In this document: piece by piece, positions 25,491-32,000 of the stretch | How positions within the stretch are numbered: position 1 is the first letter of the stretch | How the letters are laid out: each line of letters opens with the position of its first letter | Made by a program: the position numbers and the translations under genes | Notes under the pieces: model-generated | What the model was told of the DNA's origin: nothing | The model's input: only the letters and a program-made list of their open reading frames with translations | Databases searched by the model: none | Source of the DNA: Opitutales bacterium | GTDB taxonomy: Bacteria; Verrucomicrobiota; Verrucomicrobiia; Opitutales; UBA9783 | Reading direction: 5' to 3' | Assembly (NCBI GenBank): GCA_024407725.1 | Contig: JAKSVZ010000005.1 | Location: forward strand, 1-32,000 | DNA length: 32,000 nt

Positions 25491-27101
25491 ATGGAACCTA
25501 AAGATACAAAGTTAATTTTTGTTACTGGCGGCGTTGTATCCTCTTTAGGGAAAGGGCTAACAACCGCCTCTATTGGCGCGCTTTTAGAGGGTTATGGGAT
25601 TAAAATCGGTATGCTGAAGATTGATCCCTACCTCAACATAGACCCAGGTACCATGAACCCTTGCCAACATGGAGAGGTTTACGTATTAGAGGATGGTTCC
25701 GAAACCGATTTGGATTTCGGCCATTATGAACGTTTTACCCAAGCACAATTGCGTTACGAAAACAGCTGCACTTCCGGTAAAATTTACGAAACGATTTTGC
25801 GCAAAGAACGTAACGGCGATTATTTAGGACAAACCGTCCAAATTATCCCGCACGTAACCGATGAAATTAAACGGCGCATTTTTGTAGCCGCTCAAGGAGT
25901 GGATATCCTCATCACCGAAATCGGTGGGGTAGTGGGGGATATCGAAGGAATGCCTTATCTGGAAGCCTTAAGGCAAATCGCTCACGAACGAGGCTATCAC
26001 AATGTGTTATTTATCCATTTAGCCTTATTACCTTTCCTAAAGGCAGCACAGGAGCTTAAATCCAAACCGGTTCAGCAAAGCGTAGCAAAATTGCGCGAAA
26101 TTGGTATTCAACCGAATATTTTGATTTGCCGCACCGAAGTCCCATTGGAAGAGGGAATCCGCGACAAAATCAGTTTGTTTTGCAATGTAGAAAAGAACGC
26201 GGTTCTTGAAGAACGCGATGTAACCACTTCCATTTACGAAGTCCCTACCTCGTTTCATAAATCCCAACTCGATACGCTGATTTTCAATCATTTTAACCTA
26301 TCCTATGCACGCAAACCCCTTACGCTTTGGGAAAACGTAATGGAGCGCATCAAGAACCCCATGCACAAGGTTACCATAGGAATTGTTGGGAAATACACTG
26401 AAATTCAGGATGCGTATAAATCAGTGGTTGAATCCCTAAGGCATGGAGGAATTGAACACTACTGCCAAACCGAAATTAAGATGATTGATTCGGAGCGGTT
26501 GGAAAGCGATGATACCTGTGCGCCTTTAAAGGGTCTAGATGGAATTTTAGTCCCCGGAGGCTTTGGTTCGCGGGGTATTGATGGCAAAATAGCCGCCATT
26601 CGTTATGCACGCGAAAACAAAATTCCTTTTCTCGGTATTTGCTTAGGGATGCAACTCGCCTTGGTAGAGTTTGCACGCAATGTTTTAGGTCACGCCGATG
26701 CCAATAGTACGGAAATGAACGAAAAAAGTTCTTATCCTGTCATTTGTCTGCTGGAACAACAAAAGCAGGTGGTATCCAAAGGCGCAACCATGCGTTTAGG
26801 GGCTCAAAAATGCGAAATAATGCCCAATAGTCGCGTATATGAGGCTTACAAACAAAGTAATATTTCCGAACGCCACCGCCACCGTTACGAGTTTAACGAA
26901 TGCTACCGGCCGGATTTTGAAGCCAAAGGCATGCACTTTGTTGGTTACAATGCTCAATCGAAGTGCGTAGAGGCTATTGAGCTGCCGGATCACCCTTGGT
27001 TCGTTGGGGTTCAATTCCATCCAGAATTTAAATCCAAGCCTTACCAAGCCCATCCCTTGTTTGCTCACTTCATTGAAGCCGCCATCCAAAATAAGCATTA
27101 A
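25491..27101 (+). CDS. pyrG: CTP synthase
   Basis: KLIFVTGGVVSSLGKG, DPYLNIDPGTMNP, the glutaminase domain GICLGMQ, and HRHRYEFN. Confidence 0.95.
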   Translation: MEPKDTKLIFVTGGVVSSLGKGLTTASIGALLEGYGIKIGMLKIDPYLNIDPGTMNPCQHGEVYVLEDGSETDLDFGHYERFTQAQLRYENSCTSGKIYETILRKERNGDYLGQTVQIIPHVTDEIKRRIFVAAQGVDILITEIGGVVGDIEGMPYLEALRQIAHERGYHNVLFIHLALLPFLKAAQELKSKPVQQSVAKLREIGIQPNILICRTEVPLEEGIRDKISLFCNVEKNAVLEERDVTTSIYEVPTSFHKSQLDTLIFNHFNLSYARKPLTLWENVMERIKNPMHKVTIGIVGKYTEIQDAYKSVVESLRHGGIEHYCQTEIKMIDSERLESDDTCAPLKGLDGILVPGGFGSRGIDGKIAAIRYARENKIPFLGICLGMQLALVEFARNVLGHADANSTEMNEKSSYPVICLLEQQKQVVSKGATMRLGAQKCEIMPNSRVYEAYKQSNISERHRHRYEFNECYRPDFEAKGMHFVGYNAQSKCVEAIELPDHPWFVGVQFHPEFKSKPYQAHPLFAHFIEAAIQNKH

Positions 27102-27150
27102 AATCATTGAAAATCATTGAATTTATCTTAAAATAATTACGGAAAATGGT

Positions 27151-27660
27151 ATGAAACGTTTTGTTTGTTTAATTTTTTTAATGCTTAGCGGCTGTTTTTC
27201 TCATAATGCCGAACCAAACTTAGAAGACACGGTATTAGTTGGGGAACAGAATAATCAAGAATTAGCAAAGCTCGAAGAAGATCATAGCAACGAACCTTGG
27301 TTTGGGCTTTACGATCAAAAGGACGTTGTGATGCGTGTATATTTCGAATACAACAGCGCAACCGTATCCGAACGCGACAAAGCGATTTTGCGGTCTCAAA
27401 TTACTCCTTTGTTACAACGCTTTAAGGATCTACCGATTTTATTAGCCGGTTATACCGATTGGAATGGTCAAGCAACCTACAATGAACAACTAGGGAAGCG
27501 ACGGGCACAAGCGGTAGCGGATATCTTATCTCAAGCTGGCATTCCACAAGAGCGAATGGAAACCTTTTCCTTAGGTAAAACGTGCGCTACTCCGAATCTT
27601 GACCGACAAGCAGCTTACCAAGATAGACGCTGTGACGTTGTTTTGAAAAAACAGCGCTAA
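27151..27660 (+). CDS. OmpA-domain lipoprotein (peptidoglycan-associated lipoprotein, Pal-like)
   Basis: Lipobox MKRFVCLIFLMLSGC. OmpA C-like domain VYFEYNSATVSERDKAIL...LAGYTDWNGQATYNEQLGKRRAQAVADILSQAGIPQERM. Confidence 0.8.
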   Translation: MKRFVCLIFLMLSGCFSHNAEPNLEDTVLVGEQNNQELAKLEEDHSNEPWFGLYDQKDVVMRVYFEYNSATVSERDKAILRSQITPLLQRFKDLPILLAGYTDWNGQATYNEQLGKRRAQAVADILSQAGIPQERMETFSLGKTCATPNLDRQAAYQDRRCDVVLKKQR

Positions 27661-27675
27661 TAATTAGCATTTTCC

Positions 27676-28860
27676 ATGCATGTATCGTGCTTTGATCGTT
27701 GCATCCAAGGCTGCGTCAATAGCGTTAAGGATGTTTTATACAACGTCCCTTATCGTTCGAAAAGTCTAAGCGCTCTTTTTAAAGCCTTAGCGCTTGTATT
27801 TTACGGAATCGTTTTTTGCAGAGAAAAAGCCTACAAAAACCGATGGTTACCCAGCCAAACCTTGGGGTGCTTAACCATTGTTGTTGGCAACTTAACCGTT
27901 GGAGGAACAGGGAAAACCCCGATTGTTGAAAAACTAGCACGCGAATTAAACAAGCAAGGCCGCAAGGTTGCTATTTTAAGTCGCGGCTACAAAAGCAAGA
28001 AAGAATCGCTGTGGGTTCGCGGCTTGCATTGGGTGTTGCACGGAGAAGCGCGACCGCCAAGGGTTGTTTCTGACGGACAGCAGTGCTTAATGGCTTATGA
28101 ACAGGCTGGGGATGAGCCTCTGTTGCTCGCGCGCAATCTTAACAATGTATGTGTTGTGGTCGATAAAGACCGTGTAAATGCCGGCCGCTATGCCATTAAA
28201 AATTTGCTGTGCGACACCTTGGTTTTAGACGATGGATTTCAGTACTTTCAGCTAAAAAACACGTTCTGTATTTTATTAATCGACGTAACCAATCCATTCG
28301 GTAATGGGTGGGTATTGCCACGCGGTATCTTGCGGGAGCCGGTTAATCGGATGAAACGCGCTCAGTTCATTTTCCTTACCAAAAGCGACCAAATTCCAAC
28401 TGAACGCCTACAATCGCTTAAGCGCCTCATTCGCTCCTACAATGCAACCGCGCCCATTCTCCCTTGTATTCACGCCCCTAAATATTTGCGGCAAGTAAAT
28501 GGCGACGAACAACTCACGCTCGATGCGCTTCAAAACCGACGGGTTGCAGCGCTTAGTGGGATTGCATCGCCTGATGCATTCGAACAATTTTTAAAAAATA
28601 AGGGAGCAACGGTAGTACACACTCAACGGTTTTTGGATCACCACTGTTACACCTCCGAAGAATTGCAGGATTTTTTCAAACAGGCGCAACGCATGGGAGC
28701 TGAATGGATTATAACCACTGAAAAAGATGCAGTTCGTATTGCCAACACCGAACACCTGCCCTTGCCTTTTTATTTCTTACGCATGGAAATTGAATGGATC
28801 GAAGGAACCGCTCCATTTCAAAGCATTATGGAAACCCTATCTGCCCAACATATTGCATGA
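27676..28860 (+). CDS. lpxK: Tetraacyldisaccharide 4'-kinase
   Basis: An N-terminal membrane helix is followed by the P-loop [30 protein letters not shown] and LDDGFQ. Confidence 0.85.
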   Translation: MHVSCFDRCIQGCVNSVKDVLYNVPYRSKSLSALFKALALVFYGIVFCREKAYKNRWLPSQTLGCLTIVVGNLTVGGTGKTPIVEKLARELNKQGRKVAILSRGYKSKKESLWVRGLHWVLHGEARPPRVVSDGQQCLMAYEQAGDEPLLLARNLNNVCVVVDKDRVNAGRYAIKNLLCDTLVLDDGFQYFQLKNTFCILLIDVTNPFGNGWVLPRGILREPVNRMKRAQFIFLTKSDQIPTERLQSLKRLIRSYNATAPILPCIHAPKYLRQVNGDEQLTLDALQNRRVAALSGIASPDAFEQFLKNKGATVVHTQRFLDHHCYTSEELQDFFKQAQRMGAEWIITTEKDAVRIANTEHLPLPFYFLRMEIEWIEGTAPFQSIMETLSAQHIA

Positions 28861-29894
28861 AACCGATACGGCTTGTTTTTGGCTCGAATGAGTTTTTTGT
28901 GGAATCACAAACCAAAGCGTTGCTGGAGGATTATTCCCAATGGGCATTGGAAACCTTTGACGGGACATTCCATACGATCAACGAGCTAAAGCAAACCCTC
29001 GATAATGTACTAACAGGGTTGCAAACCATGGATTTTTTTGCGTCCCAAAAATGCGTGTGGCTACGCGCGACGAATCTGTTAGCAAGCGATAGCCCTGCAT
29101 TAACGGAAGGCGGTAAAGCCGTTGCTGAACGGTGGATAGAAGGACTCCGGAATTTACCCGAAGGCGTTCAGTTGGTCATTTCAGCAGTACCGGTTGATAA
29201 ACGTACAACCCTGTTTAAAACCCTACAGGGATTATCCGAATGGGAAGAGTTAGACGACAAGCAATCGGATCTTTACCTAACGAAGATCATTCAGCAATGC
29301 AGCAAGCAATTAGGCGTTGGAATTGAAACTGACGCTCGCGAATTGTTGTTTCAAAAACTGAACAAGCAACCGCGCGCCATTGCCAATGAATTTGAAAAAC
29401 TGGCCTGTTTTAAATCATTTCAGGGCAGTATTACCTACAACGATGTTTTGCAGTGCACACCTACATGGGTCAATGATGAATTCTTTGAACCCATCGAAGC
29501 GTTTTATGAGCAAAATGAAACGCGCTACCTACGGAGTTTGCGGGATTATTTCATTCTAAAAAAGGAAGCACGTGCCTTATTAATCGCTCTGCAAAACCGT
29601 AACCGCCTGCATATCCAATTAGCAGCATTAAAGCTTCCCAGCGTATCCAAGGTTAGTTTGGATAAAGCTTATGCCCGTTATCAAGAAACCTATGGGTCGA
29701 TTAATGACAAAAACTCATTCTGTATTTTTTCGCAAAACCCTTGGTATTTAAGCCGTATCAAAACGCGTTTTTCGCTCAAAACCCTGCTGGAGATTCAAAA
29801 AGAACTCGTAACTGTGTTTGACCGAACGTTATCCCAACCTAAGTACGGCGAAGATTGGCTAAAACACTTAGCGCGATTTTTTGCAGCAGAGTAG
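28857..29894 (+). CDS. holA: DNA polymerase III delta subunit (probable)
   Basis: Re-started at the ATG 28857, which overlaps the lpxK stop (ATGA). [24 protein letters not shown] resembles the HolA N-terminus. Size (~345 aa) and helical C-terminal half fit. There is no sharp motif, hence moderate confidence. Confidence 0.6.
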   Translation: MKPIRLVFGSNEFFVESQTKALLEDYSQWALETFDGTFHTINELKQTLDNVLTGLQTMDFFASQKCVWLRATNLLASDSPALTEGGKAVAERWIEGLRNLPEGVQLVISAVPVDKRTTLFKTLQGLSEWEELDDKQSDLYLTKIIQQCSKQLGVGIETDARELLFQKLNKQPRAIANEFEKLACFKSFQGSITYNDVLQCTPTWVNDEFFEPIEAFYEQNETRYLRSLRDYFILKKEARALLIALQNRNRLHIQLAALKLPSVSKVSLDKAYARYQETYGSINDKNSFCIFSQNPWYLSRIKTRFSLKTLLEIQKELVTVFDRTLSQPKYGEDWLKHLARFFAAE

Positions 29895-29965
29895 GGGAGT
29901 GGCTCCGGATTTATCCTCAATGGGGCTTTTATTGTTTTTTCAAACGTGCTATACTGAAGGTATAT

Positions 29966-31150
29966 ATGAATGGCATCAAATCCATTAGAGATTTAACAGT
30001 TGAAGGCAAACGTGTATGGGTACGTGTAGATTTTAACGTCCCCTTAGATAGCCACGGAAACATTGCAGATAATACGCGTATACGTGCAGCTTTACCCACC
30101 ATCAATTATTTAGTAGAACACGGTGCTAAGGTTGTTTTAGCGAGCCACTTAGGACGTCCAAAAGGCAAATGCGACAAGCGGTACACCTTAAAGCTAGTCG
30201 CAAAAGAATTAGCCACGCTTTGCAACCAACCCGTTCTGTTTTTAGACCATTGCGTTGGAGAAGATATCAACCAAAGCATAGCGGAAATGGCTAATGGCTC
30301 CATAACGCTGTTAGAAAACTTGCGCTTCATGCCCCAAGAAGAAGCCAACGATAGTGAATTTTCGAAACAGTTAGCGGAACAAGCTGATATTTACGTCAAT
30401 GATGCGTTCGGAACCGCTCATCGGGCTCACGCATCCACAGCCGGCATTGCTGCTTTCGTCCGCCAAAAAGCAATGGGATTCTTAATCGAAAAAGAATTGG
30501 AGTTTTTAACGCAAAAAATTGATAACCCAGAGCGCCCATTCTGCGTCGTCTTAGGAGGAGCAAAAATTAGCGATAAAATCGGCATTGTTGAAGCGTTAAG
30601 TAAAAAAGCAGATACGGTTTTGTTAGGTGGCGGCATGAGTTTTACCTTTGCAGCTGCTCAAGGACAGGCAATTGGCAATAGCTTATTAGACCCAGATTAC
30701 GTTGAATTAGCCAAAAATTTACTGAAAAACCACAAAAACATACAGCTGCCGGTTGATTCAGTAGCAACGGATCGCATTGATTTCAAAACAGGAACCCTTG
30801 GTGCGCTGCAGGTTGTCGATGGACCTATCCCAGATGGATGGTTTGGTGTCGATATTGGGCCCAAAACCATCGCGCTTTATTCCGATATCATCCGTAAATC
30901 CAAAATGGTATTGTGGAATGGCCCAGTAGGTATTTTCGAAATTTCCGAAACGGCTAAAGGCGGCTATGCATTAGCTCAAGCTTTATCCGAATGCAATGGA
31001 ACAACCATTGTTGGCGGCGGCGATTGTATTGAAGCGGTTCGGAAAAGCGGATACGCCAATTCCATTACCTTTTTAAGCACCGGAGGCGGCGCTACCTTGC
31101 AATTGTTAGAAGGGAAACCATTGCCCGGATTAGAAGCTCTGAAGCAATAA
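29966..31150 (+). CDS. pgk: Phosphoglycerate kinase
   Basis: Re-started at the ATG 29966 (SD gaagg 6 nt upstream). KRVWVRVDFNVPLD, ASHLGRPKG, NDAFGTAHRAH, GGAKISDKI and STGGGATL. Confidence 0.95.
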   Translation: MNGIKSIRDLTVEGKRVWVRVDFNVPLDSHGNIADNTRIRAALPTINYLVEHGAKVVLASHLGRPKGKCDKRYTLKLVAKELATLCNQPVLFLDHCVGEDINQSIAEMANGSITLLENLRFMPQEEANDSEFSKQLAEQADIYVNDAFGTAHRAHASTAGIAAFVRQKAMGFLIEKELEFLTQKIDNPERPFCVVLGGAKISDKIGIVEALSKKADTVLLGGGMSFTFAAAQGQAIGNSLLDPDYVELAKNLLKNHKNIQLPVDSVATDRIDFKTGTLGALQVVDGPIPDGWFGVDIGPKTIALYSDIIRKSKMVLWNGPVGIFEISETAKGGYALAQALSECNGTTIVGGGDCIEAVRKSGYANSITFLSTGGGATLQLLEGKPLPGLEALKQ

Positions 31151-31163
31151 GAGAAATTGTATT

Positions 31164-31928
31164 ATGTCCAAACGTTTTTTGATTGCTGGTAACTGGAAAA
31201 TGAACAAAAACGCACAGGAAACGCGCGCGTTTTTTGACCAGTTAAAGACCTTGTTAACCCCAACGATACAAAGTGAGTTACTCATTTGCCCGCCCTTTAC
31301 GAGCTTAGAAACCGCCGCTCATTGCAATCAAACAACACAGATTGCCTTAGGGGCTCAAAATGTACACCCAGAACTCAAAGGAGCCTTTACCGGCGAAATT
31401 TCTCCGGCATTTTTAAAAAACCTTGTATCCTATGTAATCATTGGGCACAGCGAACGTCGTACCTTATTCGGCGAAACCAGCGCCTTCATCAATCAAAAAA
31501 TCCATGCATTATTAAGCGCCGGACTTAAACCTATTTTGTGCGTAGGCGAATCGCTACAAGAGCGCAAACAAGACAAAGCATTTTCGGTTATCGAAACCGA
31601 ATTGGAAGAAGGGCTGCAAGGAATTAGCGCCGATCAAGCGTCATCCCTAACCATTGCCTATGAACCTATTTGGGCAATTGGAACTGGAGAAACAGCCACA
31701 CCGGAAATTGCAGAAGCGATCCATGCTTTTATCCGCAAATGGCTTACTAAGCGCTTTCCGCAACAGGCTAACACTATTCGCTTGTTGTACGGCGGATCGT
31801 TAAAAAGCAGCAATGCTCAACAATTATTGTCCCAACCCAATATCGATGGCGGACTTATTGGCGGAGCATCGTTAGAACCCAATTCGTTCATAGATATCGC
31901 ACGTATTGCGGATCAAATCCGTAAATAA
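31164..31928 (+). CDS. tpiA: Triose-phosphate isomerase
   Basis: IAGNWKMN, IIGHSERR, AYEPIWAIGTG and GGSLK motifs. Confidence 0.95.
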   Translation: MSKRFLIAGNWKMNKNAQETRAFFDQLKTLLTPTIQSELLICPPFTSLETAAHCNQTTQIALGAQNVHPELKGAFTGEISPAFLKNLVSYVIIGHSERRTLFGETSAFINQKIHALLSAGLKPILCVGESLQERKQDKAFSVIETELEEGLQGISADQASSLTIAYEPIWAIGTGETATPEIAEAIHAFIRKWLTKRFPQQANTIRLLYGGSLKSSNAQQLLSQPNIDGGLIGGASLEPNSFIDIARIADQIRK

Positions 31929-31950
31929 TTGCCCTTGTAGGAACCACGCA

Positions 31951-31986
31951 CAAGCTTAGATGATTAAAATCTAATCATTTTGCTTG
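31951..31986 (+). terminator. Imperfect hairpin after tpiA (weak terminator candidate)
   Basis: caagc-ttag-atgatta-aaatc-taatcat-ttt-gcttg. This is a 7-bp AT-rich inner stem plus a 5-bp outer stem with an internal loop. There is no clean U-tract. Confidence 0.3.
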
Positions 31987-32000
31987 TTGCCCCACGAAAA

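Noticed and set aside
27102-27122. Tandem 10-bp repeat aaatcattga x2 right after the pyrG stop
   Set aside because: There are only two copies, with no associated structure or ORF. It is likely a trivial duplication.

Overview
Densely packed, largely housekeeping chromosomal segment from a moderately AT-rich diderm bacterium. LPS and envelope genes (lpxK, a Pal-like lipoprotein, a NodT-type lipoprotein, a beta-barrel OMP), peptidoglycan genes (alr, murD, mraY) and a prepilin-type pseudopilin are present. The gene set would fit a PVC-type organism, but I cannot assign taxonomy from sequence alone.

Left third, minus strand: alr, then tmRNA (ssrA), then a tight five-gene string of a beta-CASP metallo-beta-lactamase RNase-like protein, a MATE pump, a NodT outer-membrane factor, an RND adaptor and an RND permease that runs off the left edge. 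Next come a divergent beta-barrel OMP gene, mraY-murD (minus), tRNA-Phe, miaA and tRNA-Glu. A 411-bp very AT-rich non-coding gap with direct repeats follows, which is the only large gap in the window.

After the gap: rplU-rpmA, dprA with an MBL hydrolase, and a DAACS symporter (minus). Then EamA-metK-orphan-formyltransferase-like. Then a long plus-strand string of ECF sigma, anti-sigma, PDZ serine protease, accB, accC, a membrane protein, trpS and a pseudopilin. The window ends with pyrG, a Pal-like OmpA lipoprotein, lpxK, holA, pgk and tpiA.

I found no transposase, integrase, CRISPR array, toxin-antitoxin pair or recognisable defence island. Several ORF-track entries are N-terminally over-extended and were re-started at internal Met codons. 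Three track ORFs overlap RNA genes and are spurious.

The most promising unexplained biology, all hypotheses:
- The ECF sigma / anti-sigma / PDZ-protease module heading the accBC string.
- The metK-linked EamA transporter plus an orphan and an atypical (H-x-H) formyltransferase-fold pair.
- A C11A8 homopolymer next to a hairpin just upstream of the OMP gene.
- The AT-rich repeat region upstream of rplU.

Everything rests on reading motifs by eye; no database search or computation was run.
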